Shown here: one piece after another, positions 41,387 to 50,675 of the stretch | Layout of the letters: every line of letters starts with the position of its first letter | Position numbering within the stretch: the stretch's first letter is position 1 | DNA from: Patescibacteria group bacterium | GTDB taxonomy: Bacteria > Patescibacteriota > Microgenomatia > UBA8517 | Assembly (NCBI GenBank): GCA_026416845.1 | Contig: JAOAEL010000001.1 | Span: 117,940 to 181,939, forward strand | DNA: 64,000 nt | Direction: 5' to 3' | Program-made: the position numbers and the translations under genes | Notes under the pieces: model-generated | What the model saw: the letters and a program-made list of their open reading frames with translations, nothing else | Database searches by the model: none | Told to the model about the DNA's origin: nothing

Positions 41387-42583
41387 TTAAGAAGACAAAA
41401 AGTTTGAATTTTTGTTCTTAATTATATTCCTTATCCTCTCAACAAAAGGCACTTTCCAAGTTCTCCATATCACCGCATTGTACATAAAATAGTTATAAGG
41501 CATGATGAAAAACAAAATTATAAACGGAAGCAATAATTGCCTATACTGACTACCAAAAATAAAAACACCCAAAGAACCAACTGTCGTTTGAATCAGTAAA
41601 GCGCCCATAGAAGTCAAGTTAAACTGAAAAAACTTAAGCGCCCATTTATGAAATCCGCGAATTCTTTCTTTCCTAAAAGTCCAAAAATTATTTAACAAGA
41701 AATTGTTTATTATTGCCATCTCAACAGCTAATGCCCAAATCACTGGTTCAGGCAAAAAATCCTCATACCTGCCAAAAAACCACAATCCAGTGGCATTGAC
41801 CAGATAACCAACAAATCCAACAGTCCCAAATTTTACGAATCTCTTTTTGTCCAAAATTCCAAGAATAATTGCAAGCTTGAATGTTGAGATCATTTCTTTG
41901 GCATCAAATTTTGACTTCTCTTCTGTTCTTGGGGCAAACTCAAGCGGAATCTCAACAACATTTTTGGCAAGCTTTATACTTTGATACAACAAATCAACTT
42001 TATAAGCAAAACGTTTCAGTTCCCTAATATTCTCCAAATCTATTTTATCTAAAACCCCATTTACTTTAGTTAATCTAAAACCTGTTGTTAAATCATGTAT
42101 TTTAAAATTAAGCAAAGCCAGTCTGATAAAGAGATTTCCAAAATAGCTCACAATTCTTCTTGAAATCGCCCACTCTTTTGGAATAGATCCTCCTTTGATA
42201 TATCTTGAACCTATCACATAATCTGCACCTTTGAGATATGCTTCAACCATAGGAATCACAAATCGTGGCGGATGTTGGAAATCCGAATCCATTTCTATAA
42301 CAGCATCAGCTTTTAAGTTTTCCATTGCATATCTAAATCCCCAAATATAAGCCCAACCCAAGCCTCTTTTTTCCGGCTCAAGCAATAAATGCAAGTTTTT
42401 ATAACCTTTAAGCAATTTTTTGACATACTGGCCAGTGCCATCTGGAGAATTTCCATCTACTATAAGAAGGTGCATCTGAGCATTTTTAATTTTTGGAAAT
42501 ACATCATCCAAAAGGGCAGGAATCATCCTCTTGATATTTGCCAATTCATTGTAAGTTGGCATCACAATTACAATTTTGTCCAT
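41387..42583 (-). CDS. Polyprenol-phosphate mannosyltransferase (DPM1/Ppm1-like) fused to a GtrA flippase domain
   Basis: PTYNE, VDGNSPDGT, GLGWAY, EMDSDFQHPP, IGSRY, DLTTGFR; C-terminal RFVKFGTVG...NNFLLNNFWTF GtrA motif. Confidence 0.9.
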   Translation of the reverse strand: MDKIVIVMPTYNELANIKRMIPALLDDVFPKIKNAQMHLLIVDGNSPDGTGQYVKKLLKGYKNLHLLLEPEKRGLGWAYIWGFRYAMENLKADAVIEMDSDFQHPPRFVIPMVEAYLKGADYVIGSRYIKGGSIPKEWAISRRIVSYFGNLFIRLALLNFKIHDLTTGFRLTKVNGVLDKIDLENIRELKRFAYKVDLLYQSIKLAKNVVEIPLEFAPRTEEKSKFDAKEMISTFKLAIILGILDKKRFVKFGTVGFVGYLVNATGLWFFGRYEDFLPEPVIWALAVEMAIINNFLLNNFWTFRKERIRGFHKWALKFFQFNLTSMGALLIQTTVGSLGVFIFGSQYRQLLLPFIILFFIMPYNYFMYNAVIWRTWKVPFVERIRNIIKNKNSNFLSS

Positions 42584-42589
42584 ATATTG

Positions 42590-42598
42590 ATGTTAACA
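42590..42598 (-). promoter_or_regulatory. Putative extended -10 (TGtTAACAT) 6 nt before ATG 42583; leaderless
   Basis: Minus strand TGtTAACATcaatatATG. Confidence 0.4.
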
Positions 42599-42678
42599 AA
42601 TAAAACGAACTATTACACAACACATTCAAAAAATCAAATGCTAAAATATGACATATCTGTATACCTAATACTTTAATC

Positions 42679-42698
42679 TGAACAACATTTGAACAACA
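42679..42698 (+). promoter_or_regulatory. Direct repeat TGAACAACA x2 at 11-bp period, candidate operator for the efflux operon
   Basis: Copies at 42679-42687 and 42690-42698; TGcTAAAAT at 42639-42647 upstream. Confidence 0.35.
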
Positions 42699-42716
42699 AA
42701 AGAAAATAAACTCATT

Positions 42717-43787
42717 ATGTTTTCACTTATAGGATGGTTAAACAAAAATAAAAAAAAGTTTTTTTTGACTTTTCTTGGTCTAGCTCTAATTGCATGGTGG
42801 ATTTGGTCGTCGCAGGGTAAGCCTACCGAAGTAGATATAGCTACCGCTTACGAAGGAGAAATCATTCAATACGTATCAGCGTCAGGCAAAATTGCCGCAA
42901 GTCAAGCCGTTAATTTAACTTTTCAAACTTCAGGCAAATTGGCATATGTTGGCGTATCAGAAGGAGACAAAATAAAAAAGGGAAAACTTGTAGCCGCGCT
43001 TGACAAAAAGCGACTAGAACAAACGCTAAGAAAATATTTAAATGCTTTTGAGAAAGAATTTAGCAATTTTGAAGACTCAAACGATTCAATCAAGGATTTG
43101 GTACTCACAGACTCAGTCAGACGTATCAAAAACAGAGCGCAAATTGATCTAAATCAAGCAGTTTTAGATGTTGAAATCCAGAATGAAACTATCCGCTTAG
43201 CTAATTTATATTCGCCAATTGACGGCATAGTAATAACAGCAAATCCTAAACATGCAGGCATGAATGTAAATCCAGGAAACGCAAGTTTTGAGATAGTAAA
43301 CCCTCAAACAGTATATTTTGAAGCAAAAGTGAACGAAACAGATATATCTCAAATACAAGAAGGTTTGCCGGTTGAATTAAAACTTGACGCGTATCCTGAT
43401 GAAATTTTATACCAGAAGGTAAATTCAATTTCTTTTTCAAGCACAACGACCTCAACTGGAGCAACAGCGTATATTGTAAACGTTTCTCTCCCACCAAATG
43501 AAAATCTGAAATACAGACTTGGAATGAATGGCGATATAAAAATCATAATAGCCCAAAAAAAAGATGTTATTTTAGCGCCTCAAACCGCGCTCGTGGAAAC
43601 AGAAAACAAAAAATATATTTGGATAATCGAAAACGGCTTATCAAAAAAAGTTGAAGTTGAGACAGGAATTTTCTCAACAAATGAAATAGAGATAATAAAA
43701 GGATTAAGAAAAGGAGATCAAATTATAAATAGGCCGCCATCTGATCTTAAGGAAAATGCAAAGGTAATACAAAAACGCAAAAAATAA
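42717..43787 (+). CDS. MacA/HlyD-family membrane fusion (efflux adaptor) protein
   Basis: N-terminal TM, VSASGKI, GDKIKKG, LYSPIDGIV, VNETDISQI, VETG. Confidence 0.9.
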   Translation: MFSLIGWLNKNKKKFFLTFLGLALIAWWIWSSQGKPTEVDIATAYEGEIIQYVSASGKIAASQAVNLTFQTSGKLAYVGVSEGDKIKKGKLVAALDKKRLEQTLRKYLNAFEKEFSNFEDSNDSIKDLVLTDSVRRIKNRAQIDLNQAVLDVEIQNETIRLANLYSPIDGIVITANPKHAGMNVNPGNASFEIVNPQTVYFEAKVNETDISQIQEGLPVELKLDAYPDEILYQKVNSISFSSTTTSTGATAYIVNVSLPPNENLKYRLGMNGDIKIIIAQKKDVILAPQTALVETENKKYIWIIENGLSKKVEVETGIFSTNEIEIIKGLRKGDQIINRPPSDLKENAKVIQKRKK

Positions 43788-43813
43788 TTTAAGTTAATGT
43801 CCCAAAACTTTTC

Positions 43814-44497
43814 ATGGATAAAGTTGTAGTTCTTCAATCAATTAAAAAAATATATCCAATTGGAGATGCGCAAATAGAAGTTCTTAAGAATGTTTCACTT
43901 GCCATATACGAAGGTGAATTTGTGGCAATTGTAGGGCCTTCAGGAAGCGGCAAATCCACACTAATGCACATTATCGGACTTTTAGATAAACCAACAAGCG
44001 GAGAGGTAATACTTGTCAACCGCAATGTTTCATCATTTACTGAAACAGAACTTGCGGAACTTAGAAACAAATATATTGGCTTTGTATTTCAATTTTTTAA
44101 TTTACTGCCACGCACAAGCGCGATAGACAACGTAATTTTACCTCTAACTTATTCAAAAGTACCTCAAAAAGAATGGCAAGAAAAAGCAAAAGCGATGCTT
44201 GATGTAGTTGGGCTGTCGCAAAGAATATACCATACTCCATCTCAATTGTCAGGCGGACAACAACAAAGAGTGGCAATAGCAAGAGCTTTAATAAATAATC
44301 CTAAAATAATACTAGCAGACGAACCAACAGGAAATTTAGACAGTAAATCTGGCCAAGAAATAATAAATATTTTCAAAAAACTAAACAAAGAAGGTAACAC
44401 AATAGTTTTAGTCACTCATGAACCTGATATTGCCAAACAAGCTAAAAGAATAATCGAAGTGAAAGACGGCGAAATTATAAGAGACACAAAAGTATGA
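43814..44497 (+). CDS. MacB/LolD-type ABC transporter ATP-binding protein
   Basis: Walker A GPSGSGKST, LSGGQQQRVAIARAL, ADEPTGNLD, VTH. Confidence 0.95.
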   Translation: MDKVVVLQSIKKIYPIGDAQIEVLKNVSLAIYEGEFVAIVGPSGSGKSTLMHIIGLLDKPTSGEVILVNRNVSSFTETELAELRNKYIGFVFQFFNLLPRTSAIDNVILPLTYSKVPQKEWQEKAKAMLDVVGLSQRIYHTPSQLSGGQQQRVAIARALINNPKIILADEPTGNLDSKSGQEIINIFKKLNKEGNTIVLVTHEPDIAKQAKRIIEVKDGEIIRDTKV

Positions 44498-45690
44498 AAG
44501 AGGTTGTTGTTTTGTCTTTCAAAAACATTCTGCGGAACAAAGTGCGATCTGCTCTTACTATGCTTGGAATAATAATAGGAGTATCTGCCGTCATACTTCT
44601 AATATCCGTAGGACAAGGATTGCAAAAATACATAACAAGTCAATTTGAAAGACTAGGTGCAAACACAATTAATGTTTTACCCGGCAAAGTCACCTTGGAT
44701 GAAGGGTTCGCAGGTAGCGGACCAAACTTTGCAGGCAGTAAGTTAACATTAGAAATGGCTAACGATCTCCAAAAAATAGGCGATCCAATAAGCATAGTAG
44801 GAGCGGAAAATGAAGTCTCGGCAACAGTTTCATACAAAGGCAAATCAAAATACACAACAGTCGCCGGCATAACTGTGGGTTACGCAAAAATACTTAATCT
44901 GGAAATAGAAGAAGGAAGAGAAATATCTCAAACCGATATTGACTTAGGCAGAAAAGTGGTAGTCATAGGCAAATCAATACAAGAAGACCTTTTTGGACAA
45001 AGTACAGCCATAGGCAAACAAATAACAATAGCCCAAGAACGTTATGAAGTTATAGGAATACTTGCCGAGATAGGTTCGGCGGGGATAGGAATTGACATTG
45101 ATAATTTCGTCGCAATCCCAATCACAACCGCAAGTAGAATCTCAGGGTCTGACAAAATTCAGGTTATTTCAATAAAAGCTAAATCCAAAGATGACATGGA
45201 TGAAACAATAGAAATCACCAAAAGGTATTTAAGCACTAAACTAAAAGAAGACGAATTTAGCATTATTGATCAATCAAATCTTTTAAGCACTATTACACAA
45301 ATACTTAATGTTCTCACACTAGCACTTGGAGGAATTGCCGCGATCTCTCTTGTGGTAGGCGGTGTTGGGATCATGAATATAATGCTAGTCTCAGTAACGG
45401 AAAGAACAAGAGAAATAGGACTTAGGAAAGCAGTGGGAGCCAAACCAAATGATATACTAATTCAGTTTTTAATAGAAGCGACAACATTATCAGTTGCCGG
45501 TGGAACAATAGGCATACTAATTGGTTGGGGAGGATCAATTGTACTAAATCAGTTTTTCCCTACATCTGTTACAATTTGGGCTGTGACTTTGGCTTTTGGA
45601 GTATCAGCGGCAGTTGGTATAATCTTTGGCGTCGCCCCTGCCATCAGAGCATCGCGATTAAATCCTATAACCGCCTTACGATATGAATAA
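44494..45690 (+). CDS. MacB/FtsX-type ABC transporter permease
   Basis: RSALTMLGIIIG, GIMNIMLVSVTERTREIGLRKAVGA, PITALRYE. Confidence 0.95.
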   Translation: MKEVVVLSFKNILRNKVRSALTMLGIIIGVSAVILLISVGQGLQKYITSQFERLGANTINVLPGKVTLDEGFAGSGPNFAGSKLTLEMANDLQKIGDPISIVGAENEVSATVSYKGKSKYTTVAGITVGYAKILNLEIEEGREISQTDIDLGRKVVVIGKSIQEDLFGQSTAIGKQITIAQERYEVIGILAEIGSAGIGIDIDNFVAIPITTASRISGSDKIQVISIKAKSKDDMDETIEITKRYLSTKLKEDEFSIIDQSNLLSTITQILNVLTLALGGIAAISLVVGGVGIMNIMLVSVTERTREIGLRKAVGAKPNDILIQFLIEATTLSVAGGTIGILIGWGGSIVLNQFFPTSVTIWAVTLAFGVSAAVGIIFGVAPAIRASRLNPITALRYE

Positions 45691-45757
45691 AAAAGGGGTA
45701 TAAATTAAAAATTCAGATTTAAACTAAAACAAATATTTAATCTTATACAACAAAATT

Positions 45758-46414
45758 ATGAAAATAGATATTCTAACACTTTTCCCTGAAATGTTTTCTG
45801 CTGTATTTGAATATTCAATTATTGGCAGAGCGCAAAAAGAAAATTATGTGTCAATTAACATACATCAATTGCGCAATTGGGCAGATGGAAAGTATCAAAA
45901 GGTTGATGACAGGCCATTCGGTGGCGGAGTTGGAATGCTTCTTAAAATAGAACCAATTCATAAAGCTATAAAATCACTGAATAGCAATCAGAACGCAAGA
46001 GTAATACTCACAGATGCCGGCGGAGAAATATTTACACAAAAAAAAGCGCAAAAACTTTGCAAAGAAAAACACCTGATATTTATCTGTGGAAGATACGAAG
46101 GAGTTGATCATAGGGTGCATGAACACATAGCAGACGAGATATTATCAATAGGAGAATTTGTTTTAACAGGCGGTGAAATTCCAACTATGATAATGGTAGA
46201 CACAATAGTAAGACTAATCCCCGGAGTGCTTCGCAAGGAAGAAGCTGTTTTATATGAATCGTTTTCCGAAAGCAAAGATCAAACAATCTTAACAGAATAC
46301 CCGCAATACACAAGACCAGAAATTTATAATAACTGGAAAGTACCTGAAATTCTACTGAGTGGAGATCACAAAAAAATAGCGGAATGGAGAAATCTAAAAT
46401 CAAAAAAAACGTAA
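45758..46414 (+). CDS. trmD: tRNA (guanine37-N1)-methyltransferase
   Basis: LTLFPEMF, VDDRPFGGG, CGRYEGVD, SIGEFVLTGGE, EYPQYTRP, LLSGDH. Confidence 0.97.
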   Translation: MKIDILTLFPEMFSAVFEYSIIGRAQKENYVSINIHQLRNWADGKYQKVDDRPFGGGVGMLLKIEPIHKAIKSLNSNQNARVILTDAGGEIFTQKKAQKLCKEKHLIFICGRYEGVDHRVHEHIADEILSIGEFVLTGGEIPTMIMVDTIVRLIPGVLRKEEAVLYESFSESKDQTILTEYPQYTRPEIYNNWKVPEILLSGDHKKIAEWRNLKSKKT

Positions 46415-46434
46415 AAATGTAAAAAAGTTAGATC

Positions 46435-47277
46435 TTAATACCCTTTATAACTTGGCAATGTAAAATTGTTGTTATATCTCATATCAATCCTTATACTAAG
46501 CTTCTTTAAAAGTCTATTTAATAACATGACACTAGGACTGATACTAGCCAAAAAAAATAATTCAAAAGAAAAATTCCTCGCAATAATTCTAGGAACGGAA
46601 TATAAGTCAGATCTTGGCAAAATAACGTTGTTATCATATGACAAAGCCATCCAGTATCTTGCCTTCTTCACAGAAGAAACAATAGATTGGCTGTACTTGC
46701 CATAGGGATAAGAAAAGAAACGAATATTAAAACCAAGTTTTTTTAGCTTTAATTTTGAATCCCTAATTTCTTTTTTTCTCTCCAAAGAAGAAAGCTTGCC
46801 AAAATCAGCATGGCTATCTGAATGACAACCTATATCCCACCCCTCAGAAGATAACTTGTGTAAACTTCTCTTATTAAGACAATCATATTGATGGTTGGCA
46901 GAAGAGTTTTTCCTATCTGATATTACAAAAACAGTCGGTTTAATACCATTCTCTTTTAGGAAATCTTTAACTAATAAAATACTTTTATCTCCTCCGTCAA
47001 AAGTAACCGCAAAACTTTTTTTAACCAAAGCCTTTTTGTCTAAAATATGGTAATAAACATCATATAAAGAAACGGGATTTCTGTGCTTTAGCAAAATGTT
47101 TATTTGTTTTTTGAAGTTATCAATCGAAATGCTATCAGGATCCGACCTTCCTATTGTTTTATAACACAAGACAACCACTTTTGCATGACGATCAAAAATC
47201 ACATCGACAAAGTATAAAATTAAACAAACAATTTTGTACAAAAAACCCAAAAATGAAAACTTGATAGATTGAAACAT
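46435..47277 (-). CDS. CE4 polysaccharide deacetylase-like protein with degenerate catalytic motifs
   Basis: VTFDGG (canonical TFDDG), GCHSDSH, FSYPYG, VPR; N-terminal LCYK where LxYH is expected. Confidence 0.8.
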   Translation of the reverse strand: MFQSIKFSFLGFLYKIVCLILYFVDVIFDRHAKVVVLCYKTIGRSDPDSISIDNFKKQINILLKHRNPVSLYDVYYHILDKKALVKKSFAVTFDGGDKSILLVKDFLKENGIKPTVFVISDRKNSSANHQYDCLNKRSLHKLSSEGWDIGCHSDSHADFGKLSSLERKKEIRDSKLKLKKLGFNIRFFSYPYGKYSQSIVSSVKKARYWMALSYDNNVILPRSDLYSVPRIIARNFSFELFFLASISPSVMLLNRLLKKLSIRIDMRYNNNFTLPSYKGY

Positions 47278-47384
47278 TGGAAAAACAAAATTGAGGCAGA
47301 AAACTCTAGCTTTGGAAACAGCTTCTTACATGCAGGAAGCTAGTATACAAAAACTTGCATCATAAAAGCAAATTTGTGCAAAAT

Positions 47385-48263
47385 CTAAAGAACCAATTTA
47401 TCAACAATATCTCTTATAGATCTTTGTGGTAGATCTAAAGTTTTGCAAGATTCTTCACACAAAAGACCTCCATATTGAGGGTACCTTCTTTTGTCTTCAT
47501 CTGACATTTTTATTCCTCTTAAGTCAATAGATTTCTTGAAAACCTTGGACAAGTAATAAGACGCTATATCATAAGGGGAACTTACATCCGAAGAACTAAC
47601 ATGAAATGTGCCGGGGGAAATATCCTTTTGAATAATTTTGGTTAAAGCCACAGCCACATCATCGATAAATGTCAATCCAATTTTTTGATCAGTAAACAAA
47701 GGATACAAATTCCCACTTTCATAAAGATTTAATATTTTGTGAAGATAATCTAATTTTGCTTCAAAATTAACACGCACTGGGTTGTTTATCCTTACGATAT
47801 AAGCACTACTTGGGAGATTTTCTCTAACATAACTTTCGGCCAACGCTTTTGTATAACCATACCAATTAAGAATTTCAGAATCTAAAACTGGCATACTGCT
47901 TTCAGGATATGGACCCTTATTATCAGGTCTTCCTGAAAAAACCATATCAGTAGATATATATATAAACTTTATTCCTTTGCCTTTAGCAGCATCAACCAAA
48001 TTTTTTGTACCCTCAAAATTTACAACATAACACTCTCCTTTTTTATCATTCCGTTGTTTCTCAGCTTCGGAGACATTGGTAAAAGCGGCAAAATGCACAA
48101 CCGCGCAAAAATCAAAACTTGAAAACAAAGCGTTTATCGAAACTGGATCGGTAATATCTAGCTCAATTTCTTTAGGATAATGCAACAAATCAGAATCTGG
48201 GTAAAGTTCTATAAATCTAGACCCTACCAGTCCTGTTGACCCTGTAACAAGTATGCGCTTCAT
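47385..48263 (-). CDS. rfbD: dTDP-4-dehydrorhamnose reductase
   Basis: TGSTGLVG, HFAAFTNV, ISTDMVF, YGYTK; last gene of the rfb operon. Confidence 0.85.
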   Translation of the reverse strand: MKRILVTGSTGLVGSRFIELYPDSDLLHYPKEIELDITDPVSINALFSSFDFCAVVHFAAFTNVSEAEKQRNDKKGECYVVNFEGTKNLVDAAKGKGIKFIYISTDMVFSGRPDNKGPYPESSMPVLDSEILNWYGYTKALAESYVRENLPSSAYIVRINNPVRVNFEAKLDYLHKILNLYESGNLYPLFTDQKIGLTFIDDVAVALTKIIQKDISPGTFHVSSSDVSSPYDIASYYLSKVFKKSIDLRGIKMSDEDKRRYPQYGGLLCEESCKTLDLPQRSIRDIVDKLVL

Positions 48264-48265
48264 AT

Positions 48266-48787
48266 TTAAATTTTAGATAGCGGCAAGGAATTCTTATCAG
48301 CATTAGAAAGTTCAGGAGCCTTCGTAGGCCAAGGGGTATTTAATTCAGGGTCATTCCAAGCTATACGTCTCATTCCATCTTCAGTATAGTATTTATCCAC
48401 CAAATAAAAATAGTCGATAGGTTTGTCACCCAAAACATAATAAGCATTTGCCAACATGGGTAGCAAGAAAAAAGCGCAACAATCGTAAGATGAAACTTTG
48501 CAAGTATATACCTTCTTGTACGTTGACGAATTAGGATCAATATCTGCTATTGCTATAAAAACCTCACCAACCGGATATATCAACTTCGCCCATGGATTTG
48601 CATGAAAACCACGCAAAACATTTGGATTTGAACGGGAATGGTTCCATTGAACAGGTAGAAATTCATAATTGGTTTCAGACAACAAAGATTTTCTAAAGAC
48701 TTCACAAAAAAAACCTCTGGAATCTTTTATTAGATCAAGTTCTATCTTCCAAAGGCCGTTAATGTGAGTTTTTTGAATTTTTGCCAT
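48266..48787 (-). CDS. rfbC: dTDP-4-dehydrorhamnose 3,5-epimerase
   Basis: DSRGFF, NHSRS..VLRGFH, IAWNDPELN, LSNADK; ATG 48787. Confidence 0.9.
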   Translation of the reverse strand: MAKIQKTHINGLWKIELDLIKDSRGFFCEVFRKSLLSETNYEFLPVQWNHSRSNPNVLRGFHANPWAKLIYPVGEVFIAIADIDPNSSTYKKVYTCKVSSYDCCAFFLLPMLANAYYVLGDKPIDYFYLVDKYYTEDGMRRIAWNDPELNTPWPTKAPELSNADKNSLPLSKI

Positions 48788-48788
48788 G

Positions 48789-49793
48789 TTAAATTTGCAT
48801 CGTCTTTTTGTACAACTTTTCAGACTTTTTCTTGATTGGCTCCCACCACCATCTATTTTTTTCATACCAGTTTATCGTTTTTGCAATATAGTCGTCAAAA
48901 CTAAAAAGCGGTTTCCAATTAAGTTGCTTTCTTATCTTTGAAGAATCAATAGCATACCTGCGATCATGACCAGGCCTATCTTTTACAAACTGTATTTTAG
49001 AATCAGGCAAATTCATTGTGCGAAGTATAATTTTTGCTACTTCCAGATTATTTATTTCGCGATCGCTCCCACCAACCAAATAAGTTTCTCCTTCTTTTCC
49101 ACTTTTGATGACAAGATCAATCGCTCTCACATGATCCTCCACATACAACCAATCACGAACATACTTGCCATCTCCATATATTTTAATATTCTCTCCTGTC
49201 AATAAATTCGTAATCATTCTTGGGATAAATTTTTCAGTATCTTGATACGGCCCATAATTATTCGAGGTATTTGTAATTGTCACCGGCAATCCATAAGTAT
49301 AAAAATATGCTCTTGCCAAATGATCTGCAGCCGCTTTGCTTGCTGCATATGGGCTTCTTGGATTATAAGAAGTCTGTTCAGTGAATTTTCCTCCATGAAA
49401 AGGCAATTCCCCAAAAACTTCGTCTGTTGAAACAAGGTGAAATCTTTTTATTTTATTTTTTAAAGCGGCATCAAGCAAATTTTGTGTGCCAAGCACATTC
49501 GTTTTAACAAAAATTAACGGATCAAGTATAGATCTGTCCACATGAGTCTCCGCCGCAAAATGAACAACAATATCAGTTTCCTTAATCAAATCATTTACCA
49601 ATTTGCGATTGCAAATATCTCCCTTGACAAATCTATAATTACTTTGGTTTGAAAAATCAAAAGTGGAAGACAGATGACCCGCATATGTTAGCTTGTCAAG
49701 GTTTACAACCTGATGATCAGGATACTTTGCCAACCAATAACGAATAAAATTGCTACCTATAAACCCACAACCACCTGTAACTAGCAATTTCAT
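48789..49793 (-). CDS. rfbB: dTDP-glucose 4,6-dehydratase
   Basis: TGGCGFIGSNF, DKLTYAG, FAAETHVDRSI, STDEV, YAASK, DRPGHDRRY. Confidence 0.97.
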   Translation of the reverse strand: MKLLVTGGCGFIGSNFIRYWLAKYPDHQVVNLDKLTYAGHLSSTFDFSNQSNYRFVKGDICNRKLVNDLIKETDIVVHFAAETHVDRSILDPLIFVKTNVLGTQNLLDAALKNKIKRFHLVSTDEVFGELPFHGGKFTEQTSYNPRSPYAASKAAADHLARAYFYTYGLPVTITNTSNNYGPYQDTEKFIPRMITNLLTGENIKIYGDGKYVRDWLYVEDHVRAIDLVIKSGKEGETYLVGGSDREINNLEVAKIILRTMNLPDSKIQFVKDRPGHDRRYAIDSSKIRKQLNWKPLFSFDDYIAKTINWYEKNRWWWEPIKKKSEKLYKKTMQI

Positions 49794-49796
49794 AAC

Positions 49797-50513
49797 TCAA
49801 CTGTTTTTCTTTTGAAACCAATAACTATTTACTTCAAAAAGTGAATCGAAAGTCCCCGCGTCACGCCAGTAACCCTTCAATTCTGACCAAGAAAGTTTAT
49901 TTTCTTTTAAATACAACCTGTTCACATCTGTGATCTCTAATTCTCCTCTTTTTGATGGTTTGATGTTTTTGATTTTATCAAAAACAGTATTATCGTATAT
50001 ATAAAGTCCAGTTACAGCGTATGAAGATTTAGGGTTTTTAGGTTTTTCTGTTATTTCTATTATCTTTCCGTCCGAATCAAAGGTGGTCACTCCAAAGCGA
50101 TGGGGATCAATCACTTTCTTTAGAAAAATTTTGGCGCCATCTGAAAATTCTTTTACATCATCAGAGATATCAGCGTCTGTGCAATTATCACCTAGAATTA
50201 CAACTACATTTTCATTATCCGCATAATCCTCAGCTAAAGACAACGCATCGGCAATGCCACCTTCTCTCTCCTGGTACGCAAATGATAAATTTTTTATCCC
50301 TAAATGTTTACCGTTTCTTAAAACTCTCAAAAAGTGTCCCGCATGAGGTCCCCCTACAACAATCATAATATCTGTTATTCCAGCTTTCACCAAAGTTTCT
50401 ATTGGATAAAAGATCATTGGTTTATCGTAAACAGGAAGCAAATGTTTATTTGTTGCGTGCGTAAGTGGATACAATCTAGTTCCAAGTCCGCCTGCAAGTA
50501 TTACACCTTTCAT
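49797..50513 (-). CDS. rfbA: Glucose-1-phosphate thymidylyltransferase (short, SpsI-like)
   Basis: LAGGLGTRLYPLT, KHLLPVYDKPMI, LGDN, EKP, RGELEITD, WRDAGT. Confidence 0.92.
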   Translation of the reverse strand: MKGVILAGGLGTRLYPLTHATNKHLLPVYDKPMIFYPIETLVKAGITDIMIVVGGPHAGHFLRVLRNGKHLGIKNLSFAYQEREGGIADALSLAEDYADNENVVVILGDNCTDADISDDVKEFSDGAKIFLKKVIDPHRFGVTTFDSDGKIIEITEKPKNPKSSYAVTGLYIYDNTVFDKIKNIKPSKRGELEITDVNRLYLKENKLSWSELKGYWRDAGTFDSLFEVNSYWFQKKNS

Positions 50514-50521
50514 GCAAGGAA

Positions 50522-50527
50522 ATTATA
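50522..50527 (-). promoter_or_regulatory. Putative -10 box (TATAAT) 8 nt before the rfbA ATG; leaderless
   Basis: Minus strand gaaTATAATttccttgcATG; no SD. Confidence 0.5.
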
Positions 50528-50675
50528 TTCACTTAGTAAAAATTTGTACATATCAAAAATATCTCCTGCCAAATGCTTCCTTTATCCAAAAAATTCTCTT
50601 GTTTTTTGAACTACATTTTTAATCAAAAGTTTACAAAACTATAAATTCTTCTATCTTCAACTTTGCAATCTTCAT

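Noticed and set aside
47320-47341. Small hairpin AGCTTC...GAAGCT between rfbD and the deacetylase gene
   Set aside because: Short stem with mismatches and no clear U-tract; no riboswitch consensus recognised.
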